Part shown: in pieces, positions 38,677 to 51,759 of the stretch
Position numbering within the stretch: the stretch's first letter is position 1
How the letters are laid out: each line of letters opens with the position of its first letter
Assembly (NCBI GenBank): GCA_951406725.2
Contig: OX597837.1
Coordinates: forward strand, 21,390,001 to 21,454,000
Length of the DNA stretch: 64,000 bases
Direction of reading: 5' to 3'
Source of the DNA: Octopus vulgaris
Taxonomy: Eukaryota
Program-made: the position numbers and the translations under genes
Notes under the pieces: model-generated
What the model was told of the DNA's origin: nothing
What the model saw: only the letters and a program-made list of their open reading frames with translations
Database searches by the model: none

Positions 38677-39204
38677 CACACACACACTCATACATGTATA
38701 ATTTTTTTTTTTTAATGTTTTAATGGAAAAATAAAAAATAAAAAAAAGTTTTTTTTAAAAAAAAAAATCTGCATCTACATTTTTGAATAACTTCAAAGAA
38801 ACTTTTAGCAATGGTCTCTTTAAATACTCAAGTATTTATTCATGGCAGCTTTTTATTTGCAATTAATTACATTGTGTCTGTGTGTGTGTGTAAATACAAA
38901 GATAAATACACATATATGTATTGCACACACACGCACACGCACGCACATATTTGCACATGCATGCATATGTGTGTGTGTGTGTGTATAATATACATACACA
39001 TACATATGTACATACACACACATACAAACACACCTTTCACATGCATACTTGCATGCATATGCTTGCATGCATTCACACATACATAGACTTTCATGCAAGC
39101 ACGCATACAAATTCGGTTTATCTTGCGCTTACTCTCTCTCTCTCTTTCTCCCTACCTCTCTTTCTTCTTCTCTCTCTCTTTCTCCCTACCTCTCTTTCTT
39201 CCTA

Positions 39205-39235
<31 letters not shown>

Positions 39236-39240
39236 TTTGT
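38590..39240. repeat. Compound microsatellite block (TA)n/(CA)n/(TG)n/(CT)n
   Basis: Directly visible dinucleotide tracts. Confidence 0.9.
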
Positions 39241-41332
39241 TTATCACCAATCAATTTGTAAATTACTCTTACTTAAAACTACACGGAGGTCTGAAGTTGC
39301 AGGTGGATGGAAAGGGAACGACTAATGTGTTTGTGTATCTTTTCTTCCACTAATATGGCACATTAGTCATTGGACAGTAAAACATACTGTAAAGATAGTT
39401 GGATCAGATGATGACCTTCCATTTGTTGGACAATGGCTAATCAATAAATCTATTTACAGCAGTCTACTTGTATATAGCTTCACTGGTAACGAAGCATATA
39501 TATATTATCCTTCTTATTGCTGCTGCTGCTGCTGTTCTTGTTGTTGTTGTTGACTAATCACTTGCTTTCTGTATTTTGTCTGTTTAATTCATTTCAAAAT
39601 AATATTTTGACATCTGCTATATATGTTCTTGAAGTTGTTGCTATTGAAACCGTTGTTGTTGTTATCATCAACATCATTATTATTATTATTATTATTATTA
39701 TTGTTATTATTGTTATTATTATTATTATTTTTTATATATGAAAATTTAATGTTGCTAAATTCAGGTTATTAGTAGAGAAATAAGATTACATGTATTGATT
39801 GATATTATAAATTATTGCTTTGTCTTTTGTTTGTTTTTTGCTTTCAACTGTGTAATTAGTTATTTAAAGTGTTTTTTTTGTTGTTTGTATCTTATCTACT
39901 TTTCTTTTGTTCTCTCTCTCTCTCTCTCTCTCTCTGTTTGGCAGACAGACAATGCTTATGTCGGTTGATGCAAATTCTGAGACAATGGCACTGGCATTGA
40001 TCATAGCTCATCGATATGTAGAATATGAAATGTGTCACCTTAGTTTGTTTTAGTACATAGTGAAAATGGTGTTAAAATTAATTTCACTTAAAGCAGTAGT
40101 GGCGGTGACGGTGGAGGATTTTTTTTTTCCCCGTCTCTTTTTCTTTTTCTTTTCTTTGATTGAAGCCAAAATCAAGTTGAATTTCATAGAGTTTTGAATA
40201 ATCAATATTGTGAAAATTTCAATGTTTTAGTTTCTGCTGCTTTTGTCAGTTATTTCTGTTAATTAGATTTAATAGTAGGACATTTAGAATTTTCCTGATT
40301 GTATCAATATGTGAGTGGGAGGAGGTGGAATTAAAGGCTAAACTTCTCTAATTAGCTTTATTGAATGAAATAATTGCCTTTTTCCCCCTGTGTGTTTTTT
40401 TCCTCCTTTTCTTATGTTCCTAATTCCTTCCAAGATGTTTTCATTTACTTCTGTTACTGTTGTTGTTGTTGTTGTTATACTCTTTGCTAGACATGATATT
40501 CACCACTGATGGGGGGGGGAGAAGGTGGTGGGCTGTTTTCAAATGAAGATTCCCCGCTTCTCCACTACGTTGCATTAATAATAATTTATATAATTATAGG
40601 TGTTAAATACTACCAATTTTAAAGGACCATATTATATTCTCTTCAATTGATGTTGTTCAACTTTGATTTTGGTTCATTATATTTATTTCTCGAAAATATT
40701 TGGACAAAATTAATTTGATGGACTTAATAATTGTAAAAAAAACATTTTGTTGGAATCTAATGTTAATTAGATTGATATCGGACAAAGTGCGAAAACCAAA
40801 ATAATTAAATATACACCAAATGGATATATTGCCAAAAAAAAGGAACTTTTTAGAGAATACTCTTACATATTCTCCATAAGACAATTATAAATTTAGAATA
40901 AAACCATTTTAAAATTAAGGGAGGAAGAACAAAAATTTATGGTTTCCATAAAACTGCAGAAATCTACAAATAAAGCTAGTTTTCTTGGTCTTGACTTTTG
41001 GTTCAGTTTTAGATATGCCCCCCCCCACCCACCCCCAAGAAGAAAAGGGCTCTCAAATACGAGTTCACATACTCCTAGGGCTACATAAGAGATATTACAG
41101 GGAGATGCAAAGATTGTAAAAACACTGGGACTTTAGAAGTAATTACAACCAATTAGTGTTTGTTCCCTCAGCATCGCTTGACAACTGATATGTGTTTGCA
41201 TCTCCATTCGAAAAATGTTTGTTTTCTATGTTTTTGTTTTTATGTTTTCGTTTCTCATTGTGTCTACATTTTCTTGATGTCCTGTACCCATATATGTATG
41301 TATATATACATATATATGTAGGTATGTGCATA

Positions 41333-41376
<44 letters not shown>

Positions 41377-43491
41377 AACAAAACCACAACAAACAGAAAT
41401 ATTACAAAAACATAACAAACAGAAAATTCATAGCTTATTTCTCATCAGTCAACATTCAAAAGATCATTACAGTTTCATGCCTTTTACGTTGATATTATAT
41501 GTTGAGGAAAGTACTATATAGTTGAATGCTTTTTAGCAACAGCCTTTTGTAGGTGCTTCATCGGGTGGAATACAATTAATTCTTTGTGTGTGTGTGTGTT
41601 TATTTGTATATAGCACAGCTGTGTGGTTAAGAGTTTCAGTAATTACACTATGGTCATGCTGGGGCACCCCCACAAGAATTTTTAGTCAGGTGAATCAACC
41701 CCAGTACATAGTTTTTTTTCTTCTTTTTCTTTTTTAAAAGACTGGTACTTATCGGTCCCTTTTGCTGAATCGCTAAGTTACAGGGATGTAAACACACCAA
41801 CACCAGTTGTCAGGCAGCTGTGGGGGACAAAGACACACGTGTAGATACATATACATATATACGACAGTTTCCGTCTACCGAATCCACTCACAAGAATCTG
41901 GTCAGCCCGAGGCCATAGTAGAGGACACTTGTCAGAGGTGCCATGCAGTGGACTGAACCCAGGACCATGTGGTTGAGAAGCAAGCTTCTTATCACACACT
42001 CATGCCTGTGCCTATGTGTGTGCATGTGTGTATATATATATATAATATAAATAATTAGTTGCAAATTATACATTGTTTTCTAGCTTTCATAAAATGGTGT
42101 CCACTATTGATTGTTTTATGGTAGCCAACTGTTTTCCATTATATTCTTCACAAGGGGTATACCAGTAGTATGGGACATAACAAATGATTATGCTGCAAGA
42201 TAAAGATTGAGGACTTCTGCTCTACATGATTGTTTGACGGGAGGTGGTAGGGTGGAGGTTGCTTAAAAAAATAAAATAAAAAAACCGGACCAGATCGCCT
42301 TGTCCCTGAGTTGTAGGAAGCATGGTCAAGATTGGGATGCCTTTGACTAGTTGTCTGCTGAAGCAGAGTTGACTGGGTTAGCAACAAAATTAGTTAGAAA
42401 AGGAAACCACATAGTGGTTAGCTGACCTGCTAGAAATAACAGTAAAATCTCCCCAGAGAACACTCTTTTGATACCAACCCACCCATATCACCCCTGCTTC
42501 TATGATATAAACTTTCTGTATAAAGTGATCTAAATTAAAATATACCATTAAAATTCCTTGTTAATTTATGTTCCAATTAGCAGCTTCATAATGGCCAAGG
42601 TATTTTACTAAATTCTTTATTATTTTCAAAATTAATTGAGAGAAATGCAATTATAGTTCAACAGATGTATGATAACAAAGGGGTTAACTCATTTGTTACC
42701 ATATCAGACAATGTAGTCCCTGATCTATGAAAGAAGAAAAGCTATTATGATCATAGCTGAACTGTCTTTGTTGTATTATGACTGTCACATGACTACACAA
42801 AACAAGGTGTTGGGGTTATTAATTTATTTTCCACTGACATTCTTGATGGGGTGTCTTTTTTAAATCTTTGTAAATATTCATTGTGATGGTGGTTAAAGCT
42901 TGTGTTGTTGGCAGCAGTTTTTAGTCATAGAATTAATAATAGATTTGCTTAAAATGCTAAAATTGATATAATAATCAGCACTTGGATTATTTCTGTGGTT
43001 TCATATATTTGAACCAAACAACCTTAAGAAGTTTAAAAAAAGAAAGAAAAAATCTGGACTTGTTTGTTATAATTTAATTAACTGAACTGATTAGTAAAAT
43101 ACTAGCTGCCAAATAAGAGTGCTACTAACATCGTGGAAATAAATAATAAAGTCTTCTGTAAGAGAAATGAAAGCAAAAACAAATCTTAATATGGTAAATC
43201 AGTTCACCGAGACTCAGAAAAGATAGTAAATCAATAGATAAGTAATGATAGTATTGGGGGCAGGTTTCAGTTTTGATCTTTAATCCTTTAGCATTCAGGT
43301 TACTACTCTGTCAAATGTAATGCTTATTTATTCACATTGTTTTGAATTAATCATGCATTATATTGTAGCTTTGGGATATCGATGATGTGGTTGTCTCTTT
43401 AAAGAATGACATTGCTGGGTAGGTGTGAGAGGCCACACCTAGGCAGTTTGAGCAGAAAACAGGTAGAATATTTTGGCCAGATATGGCCTGT

Positions 43492-43719
43492 TTAACCCTT
43501 TCGTTACCAACCCGGCTGAAACCGGCTCTGGTTCTGAGTACAAATGTCTTGTTTTCATAAATTTTGAATTAAAATCTTCCACCAAACCTTAGTCATAATT
43601 TATGTTCCTAACACTAGCTTAATGATAGCTAAGTTATTTTACTAAATTCTTTGTTATATTTAAAGTAATTGAAAGAAACACAGAGCATCTCAAAATAAAT
43701 ATGGTAACGAAAGGGTTAA
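43492..43719. mobile_element. MITE family D copy inserted at a TTAA inside the terminal region of a family E MITE (43280-~43734)
   Basis: TTAA is duplicated at 43492-43495 and 43716-43719, and host MITE sequence resumes afterwards. Confidence 0.85.
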
Positions 43720-44350
43720 ACACTAATGAATCAAAAGAAGTTTATCATCTTTTTGAACAGGAAGCTAGAATGGAGATTTAACTCTTTAGCATTTAAACTG
43801 GCCATATCCAATCAAAATGTTGTACCTGTTTTGTGTTCAGACTTGCTAGATTTGGCCTCCCACACATCACATGTACTGTACAATGTCTATCTAAAAATAA
43901 TCACATTCATCAAAATTTTGAAGCTACGAGATAAAGCATGAGTAATTCAAAACTATGTGAATAAATATGCATTACATTTGACAGAGTAATCTGAATGAAT
44001 GAAGGGTTAACCCTTTAGTATTTAAACCGGCCATATTATTTCAGTTATTAGACTGCAGCCTTGTTGGGGGATTGCCTCGAGGGTCTTAGCCAAACATATT
44101 GGTCTCAGTACTGATTTCCATTTTTAAACCTGCTATTTATTCTATCAGTTTTCTTTGTCGAACTGCTAAATTCCAAAGATGTAAACAAACCAACACCAGT
44201 TGTCATGTAGTGATGCAAGACATGCAAAAAAACACAGACACAACAGGTTTCTTTCAGCTTCCGTCTATGGAATCTACTCCTAAATTATCCCAACACACGC
44301 ACGTATGTATGTGTTAACCTTGATTGAGATTGCTGTCAACTCCCCTTGTA

Positions 44351-44571
44351 TAAATCGAAGGAGAGGGGCTTTCTCCGTCCGGGTTGCGGATCCATGGAAT
44401 AAGCTGCCGGACGAGATAGTAAAGATGCCGACGACCGCTCGGTTCAAAGTCTCTCTTGACCGGAAATGGCCTGAACTCTTTGTATGACCATCCTCCATGT
44501 ACATAACTCCCTGTCCCCCTACATGGCCTTGCTTTTGCTTTTTGAGCCAATAACAATTAAATTAAATTAAA
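44351..44571 (+). mobile_element. CR1-like LINE 3' end inserted into a family A SINE
   Basis: Translates NRRRGAFSVRVADPWNKLPDEIVKMPTTARFKVSLDRKW, the CR1-group C-terminal motif (FS.RV...WN.LP......FK..LD), with stop at 44487, a short UTR and an (AATTA)n tail. Confidence 0.8.
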
Positions 44572-44757
44572 AATGGTGCATGCAATGGGGGTTAACCTGG
44601 AGCCATGTGGTTTGTGGTTGGGAAGCAAGCTTCTTACCCTGTATCTCATTTGGTGCTTTCATGGTTGTAAATTTTTAAACATTGCGGTCAGGAGTGGGGA
44701 GTTCATTAAAATAAGTACCACTCAAATACCAACAAGGTTGATTTAATTGACTAACCC

Positions 44758-44861
44758 CTTGCTTCAGCTGTAAATATACTAAAACTGGAACGGGGTAGAG
44801 AAGATTAGCATGGCCCCAGTGCAAGGATGACATACAAATTCCTGAAGCATTCCACATTTCT
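44758..44861 (+). pseudogene. U6 snRNA pseudogene (near full length, degenerate)
   Basis: cttgcttcagctgtaaatatactaaaactggaacggggtagagaagattagcatggccccagtgcaaggatgacatacaaattcctgaagcattccacatttct aligns along U6. The ACAGAGA box is mutated to GTAGAGA, there are several CpG-decay changes, and SINE sequence lies upstream instead of a PSE/TATA promoter. Confidence 0.9.
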
Positions 44862-46181
44862 CGGTAGGCACAGATGTGGTTGTGTGGTGAGTAGTTTTCT
44901 TCCCAGCCACATGGTTCCAAGTTCAGTCCCACTGCATGGCACCCTGGGCAAGTGTCTTCTACTAAAATATCTGATCGGAGCCTTGTGAGAGAATTAGGTA
45001 GACAGAAACTGAAAGTCCATTGTGTATGTATGTATATGTGTTTGTCCCCCCACCACCAATTCACAACCAATGTTGGTTTGTTTATGTCCCCATAGCTTAG
45101 CTGTTTGGCAAAAGTGACTGATAGAATAAGTACCAGGTTTAAAAAACATGTATTAGGGTCAATTTGGTTAACTAAACCCTTCAAAGCGGTGCTGCAGCAT
45201 GGCTACAGTTCTTTGACTGAAATATGCAAAAAGATAAAAGAAAGATTTTATCTAAAATAGAAATCATCCTTGTTGTCTTCATGATGATGATGAGTAAAAG
45301 GATTTAGCAGAAACATTAGGTCATCGGGCAAAACCCTCTGTGATATTTCCTCTGGTTCTTTACATTCTGAGTTCAAATCCTGCTGAGGTCAACTTTGCCT
45401 TTTAATCCTCCAAGGGTTAATGAAATAAAGTACCAGTCCAGTTCTAGAGGTATTGGCATCTTATTAAGTTTGCTGGCCTTGTGCCTAAATCAGAAACCAT
45501 TGTCATCATCATAGGCAGTATATCTTAACAAAAACATGGTATATACTAGAGACAGAGGCAGTGTTAATACTAAAAGGTATTATTTATCCCTACTTATTTG
45601 TGGATGTTGGAACAAACTATACTGCAGTAGATCCCATGAGAGATACTCTCATATTGGCTTTTGGTGCAAAATGCACTCTTGTTCATATTGTTATTTAGGG
45701 AGATAAACCCCTGCCACCTCCAGCACTGTGACCACCAGTTCACATGATTTTCACCTTCCTTGGTCTCATCATTGATGGGCACTCAGCAACTAGAGATAGT
45801 GACTCTTCTCCCTGCCAGCATTATGTAGAAAAACATTGCCAGAACAGGTGCTGGTGTTGCGATTAGTAGTGAACTTGTTAAAAAATATATATTAGCAACA
45901 GATAATGAAAAGGTTAAAAGATGAGGTAGAGGTTATTATTGCAGTTGATCTTTGACTACATATCTATATGCTGTGATTGCAATGCATTCCTGTTTGTGAC
46001 CTAATGCTGCTAATTGTTCTTGAGGGAAATGTATGAATGTCACCTCTTCCAGTTTCCTATAGCACTAAAAATGTCAAGCAGTTGGTAATACTGATGTATA
46101 ACAAAATGACAAATGTGTTTATCTGTACGTATACCACAATATATATTTGTATCTCTAATATGTTCGTTCTGTCTGTTTCAG

Positions 46182-46368
46182 GTCAGAAGACATGCTTGCA
46201 TGTTCACGGTGTTTTTCCTTACTTGTACGTGCCATATGATGGCACGCAACCTTGCAGTACATATCTGCACCAATTTGCTGCCAGCTTGGATAAAGCCATT
46301 AACATTGCTACTGGTCATTCTAACAGCACTACCAAACATGTGTACAAAATCAGTTTGGTGTCTGGAAT
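46182..46368 (+). CDS. REV3L: REV3L second coding exon
   Basis: Acceptor ctgtctgtttcag|, phase-compatible with exon 1 (G|GT). Translates GQKTCLHVHGVFPYLYVPYDGTQPCSTYLHQFAASLDKAINIATGHSNSTTKHVYKISLVSG, matching REV3L GQKTCLHLHGIFPYLYVPY...KVSLVSGM. Donor AT|gtaagt at 46369 (phase 2). Confidence 0.95.
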
Positions 46369-48519
46369 GTAAGTGTTATTTATTTTATAATATATATCTA
46401 TGTGTATATGTGTTTGTTTGTGTATCTATGTTCATCTGTCACATGTCCCATTTCTATCTTACTTTATTTGCTTATTCGTGGTGTACCATCATGAGTTGTG
46501 ATTGGTAAGTTACATTGCTCTTGTGGCAGATAAACTAAAAAAGATTAATTATGATAATGATAAATGCTATTGTCCTCATCATCGTTTAATGTCCAATCTC
46601 CATGCTGGCATAGGTTGGATGGTTTGAAATGGATCTGACTAGCAGGGAACTGTCTAAACTCCTGCAGTCTGTTGTGGCATGGTTTCTATGGCTGGATGCC
46701 CTTCCTAATGCCAACCACTTAGCAGAGTGTGCTGGGTGCTTTTTACATGTCATTGGCATAGGTGTACGAATGTAGCACCAGCACGGGTGCTTTTTAAGTG
46801 GTACTGGCACCTGGAAGGAGAAGCCTGTATGTGTGGAAGACAGCAATTTTACTTAGCTTGACATGTCTTATCAAGGGACCACATCTTCTGGTCCCTTGTC
46901 ATTTCCACAGTGAGGTCCAGTGTCCAAAGATCCTTTCTCACCACTTTGTCCCATGTCTTCCAGAGTCTAATGATAATGTGAGCAGGAAGAATTGTTAGCA
47001 CGCCAGGTGAAATGGCTAGCGATAATTCATCTACTCCTACATTCATCATCATCATCATCATCATCCTGAGTTCAAATTGAGCCAGCAGAATAATTAACAT
47101 TCCAGGAAAATGCTTAGCAGTATTTTGTCTGTCTTTATGTCTTTGAGTTCAAATTCTGTCATGGTTGACTTTGCCTTTTGTCTCTTTGGGATTGTTGAAG
47201 TAAGTACCAGTCAAGCAATGGGGTTGGCTAAGCTCCCCACCCACCAAAATATTCAGACCTTGTGCCTATCATTGAAAGGATTATTATTATTACTGTACAA
47301 AAGCAGTGACAGAGTGGAAGTGATAGTAGCATGACAAGATAAATTTCTTTAGGTATATAGTTCAAACCCTCCCTTTGATTGACTTTACCTTTCAAGGTTT
47401 ACCTGACCCTGAGGTTGATAACGTAGATGCCAATCAAGAACTGGGTGTGATGTAATTGATCCTTCTCTTTGAGTCAATAAAATGAGTTTCAGTTGATAAA
47501 ACCAACCATGCTTCTTCCAAATCTGTGGATTTGTACTAAAGGAATCCTAACCATTACCATTGTCATCAAGAAGCAGGAAGGGATGGGAAGGACAGTAGAG
47601 TGTCTGACCAGCTTCCCTACATTATTTAGTTTGATTCCTTTGTATTCTGTGTAACACTGAGATTGATGTGGTCTCTCCATAGAATTAGCATCACTTTCGT
47701 TAAATCAAGTTGGCTTTCCCTATACTGTTAATCATCATCCTCATCATCACTCCCATTTCTAAGATTGCTGTCTCCAACACATAGCAGAGACAGTTTTCAG
47801 GCAGTGCTATAAGCATCATCATCATTCTTTAACGTCCATTTTTTCCATACTGGCATAGGTTGGATGGTTTGACCAAAGCTGGGAAACTGCACCAGGTTCC
47901 AGTCTAATTTGGGTTGGTTTCTATGGCCAGATGCCCTTCCTAATGCCAACCACTTTAAAATGTGTGCTGGGTGCTTTTAACATGGCATTACACGAGAGCT
48001 TTTATGGCACTGGCACAGGACTCTTACAGGCCAATCCTCTTCACCAGGAGGAGTGGCCATAACACTTCGGCTGTAAAGGACATCTTTTTGAGTACAGCAA
48101 AGCGCCAGGTATCTCAGTCCTTTGTCATCTTGTCTGAAAGGTTCATCATCATTATCGTTATGTATGCTGTTTATCCTCGGGTCAGTCCTAATCATGTTTT
48201 GACCTGTCTTTTATTCACAGATACATTTATCTTGACTGTAGAATGTGATTTGAGGAATATTCAGCTGCTATCTCAAACAGCATCAGCAACCTTGTTGCTT
48301 TTGTATGTTCTTTTTCTGCTTTAACAAATATTGAAAAATTATCATCTTCCACATCACCTCTGTTATTTGGTCAAGAACTAAGCTTACTTTGGTTATTATG
48401 AATTGTGTTAAAAAATTGCTAAAATATTTTGTGTATAACCAATTTTATTGCACATAAATTTTAATAACAAAATCTTATATGGACCCCAACCACTGATTTA
48501 TTCCTGTTCTAAAATTTGT

Positions 48520-50565
48520 GGCCTCAGAATTCTTAGAGCAGTGAACAAAACAGTGTCTTATGGTATTTGTTATTGCTCTTCACATTCTAAGTTCAAATTT
48601 TGTTGAGGTCAGCTTTGCCTCTCATGCTTCTGAGATTATTGAAATGAAGTAAAATAGTCAATTAGTGAGATTGATTTAATCAACTAATGTCATCCCATCA
48701 AGTTTCTAGGCTTGTATCTATATCAGAAACAATTGTCAGCGCAGTGAGTGAGTAGGTAGAGCATCATAGAACAAACTTTTAACAGGTTCAAATACTACTA
48801 AAGTCGAAATTTTATCTTTAATACTTGGAGAGAAGATAAAATGAAGTATCAGTTAAGCACTGTAGGGTAGATTAAATGGACGAATTCCTTCCCATCAGAT
48901 GTTTGGCCCTGTGCCTAAATTAGAAATGTTCGGAAGGGAGATTGACAGAGGGCTTAAGTACCAGTCAAATATAGGGGTCCCTGGTATTGATTAATCCTTC
49001 TCAATTGCTGCCCATGTGCCTACATTAGAAACTATTACTATTATTGCTTAGCGGCATTTTATCCATCTTTCATTGAGGCTGACTTTGCCTTTCATCCTCT
49101 CAAGGTTGATAAATTAAGTACCAGTTGAGTACTGGGGTTGATGTAATTGACTTATCTCCTCCCCCGAAATTGCTGGCCTTGTGCCAAAATTTGAAACCAT
49201 TATTATTATTATCATCATGTGAGGAGGCATGGCCTAGTGGTTAGGGAGTTGCACTCATGATCACGAGATCATGGTTTCAATTCCTAGACAAGGTGGTGCG
49301 TTGTGCTCTTGAGCAAAGCACTTCATCTCATGTTGCACTGCAATCACTTCAACATCTGATGCATGCTACATTGTGCACCTGTACAGGTAGCATCAATTTG
49401 ATGTAGGGAGTGATCTAATGTATTTGATCACTATAACCAAATCAATTGTGCAGGTTATTCAGCAAATGCTGAACACTTCTACATTATTTTCGATGACAGG
49501 GTCCATCACATTATTATTATTAAGACATCTAGCTGGCAGAATGGTTAGCACACCTGGCAAAATGCTTAGCTGCTGAGGTCGATTTTGCCTTTCATCCATT
49601 CGGTGTTGATAAATAAGTACCAGTTAAACATTGTGGTTGATGTAATTGACTTACCCTCACCCCGAAATTTTTGGCCTCATGCCAAAATTTCAAATCATTG
49701 TGTTCTGGGTTCAAATTCCACTGAAGTCTATTTTGCCTTTCATCCTTTTGGGCTCAATGAAATAAGTACCAGTCATGTACTGAAGTTGATATAATTGACT
49801 AGCATCTTCCCACAAAATTTCTGGCCTTTTGCCTGTAATTGGAAGGATAGTTGCTACTGTTGTTGTTGTTATTAAGGCGGTGAGCTGGCAGAACTGTTAG
49901 CACTCTGGACGAAATGCTTATATTTTATCCTGAGTTCAAAATCTGCCGAGGTCAACTTTACCTTTCATCCTTCCGGAGTTGATAACTTAAGTACCAGTTA
50001 TACACTGGAGTCGATGTAATTGACTCATTCCTTTTCCCAAAATTCTGCCCTTGTGGAAAAATTTGAAACTATTATTATTATCATCATTAAGGCGGTGTAC
50101 TGGCAGAATCATTAGCACACTGGACGAAATGCTTAGCAGTTTTTCACCAGTCGCTGCGTTCTGAGTTCAAATACTTCGAAAGTTGACTTAGCCTTTCATC
50201 CTTTCGGGGTCGATAGGTTAAGTACCAGTGAAACATTAGGGTCAATGTAATCAACTCATCCCTTCCCCCAAAATTTCATGCCTTGTGCCTATTGTGGAAA
50301 GGATTATTATTATTATTAGGAGGAGGAGGAGGTATGATGATGAGTATTGTATTCTTCTTCTTCTTATTATTATTATTAAGACATTCTGGGCAAAATGCTT
50401 AGCAGTGTTTCATCCATCTTTATGTCCCAAGATCAACTTTGCCTTTTACCCTTTTGGGACCGATGAAATAAGTATCAGACAAGCACTGGGGTTGATGTAA
50501 TCGATGAGCCTTCTTCCCCAAAATTTCAGGCCTTGTGCCTATAGTAGATAAGATTATTATTAATA
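48520..50565 (+). repeat. Head-to-tail array of about 9 family B SINE copies or fragments separated by (TTA)n tails, with one other tRNA-SINE (~49220-49510)
   Basis: Repeated taaggcgg...gcctttcatcc...agtaccag...gccttgtgcc...attattatt units. Confidence 0.8.
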
Positions 50566-50948
50566 ATGAAATATAACAGCCAAATAAATAAGATACTTCT
50601 GGATGTGACTCCATTTTCCATTGAATCTAATATTGTCCCCACCTTCCACCCCGATCAAGATATCTGATTTCATATATTGATCAAGAAATCATTAGTCATT
50701 GTCATAATTTTATTTAATTTTTATAATTAGGAGTGACTGTGTGGTAAGAAGCTTGCTTCTCAACCACGTGTTTCTGGGTTCAGTCCCACTGCATAGCACC
50801 TTGGGCAAGTGCCTTCTATGGTTTTGGGCCCACCAAAACCTTGTGAGTGGATTTGGTAGACTGAAACTGAGAGAAGCCTATTATATATATATATTATCTA
50901 CTATAGGTACAAGGCCTGAAATTTTGAACCCCAGTGCTTGGCTAATAA

Positions 50949-51001
<53 letters not shown>

Positions 51002-51759
51002 TACATGTGTGTGTGTGTGATGATCCTCACCACCACCACTTGACAACCAGTGCTGGTGTGTTTGCCCCCCTGTAACTTAGCAGTTTAGCAAAAGAGACCG
51101 ATAGAATAAATACGAGGTTTAAAAATAAAATGAATTACTCGAGACAATTCATTCAACTAAACTTCTTCAAGGTGTTGCCCCAGCATGGCCGCAGTCTAAT
51201 GACTGAAACAAGTATAAAGATATATGCTGCTAAGAGTAACTTTGTCTTCCTTCTTTCTGGGAGTTGATAAAAATATATACCAGTAATACACCAGGTCCGA
51301 GTTTATTGATACCATCCCCTCTCCTCCGAAATTTCTGATCATTATGTCAAAACTAAAAATCGTTAATTATTATCAGCACTGTTGACAGACTGGGTTTGTT
51401 TCCAATTTACTTGTACCACATAGCAGAGTAAGTTGTCACTGATTGTCTGTTTCTAGCCTTGAATGAACCACAGCGGTGGGGAGGCTTCATTAGGGCCTTT
51501 GCAAGATGGGGGAGAAAGAAAAAATGGTGTTTCATTTTAGCAATGAGTATAAAAGAAGACATTGTGAATTAGATGTCAAACAAATTGTCTTATTCATTCA
51601 GTTTTGAATGTTTATTAAGCACACCTGGTCTCTTCTTCATTTGGTAAAAAAGAAAAAGTGAGGGGGAGAAGCAAACAGACAAAAATACTATTGTCTGGTC
51701 CATGCCTATCTACACAGATTGTATAGAAACTTGAAATGCTAGGGAGATGCACGTGTAAG

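Noticed and set aside
38811-39353. Cluster of overlapping His/Thr/Cys/Val-rich ORFs (also 52571-53693)
   Set aside because: These are translations of dinucleotide microsatellites.
39362-39441. SECIS element (tandem GA pairs plus AAA)
   Set aside because: It lacks the UGA quartet, the upper helix is only 7 bp, and it is intronic rather than in a 3' UTR.
40600-41100. Possible DNA transposon in AT-rich sequence
   Set aside because: I could not identify matching TIRs, a TSD or a coding remnant.
44758-44861. Functional U6 snRNA gene
   Set aside because: The ACAGAGA box and 5' stem are mutated, and there is no upstream promoter or intact T-run terminator.
44675-45184. 169-aa minus-strand ORF
   Set aside because: It is the antisense of a SINE A plus the U6 pseudogene.
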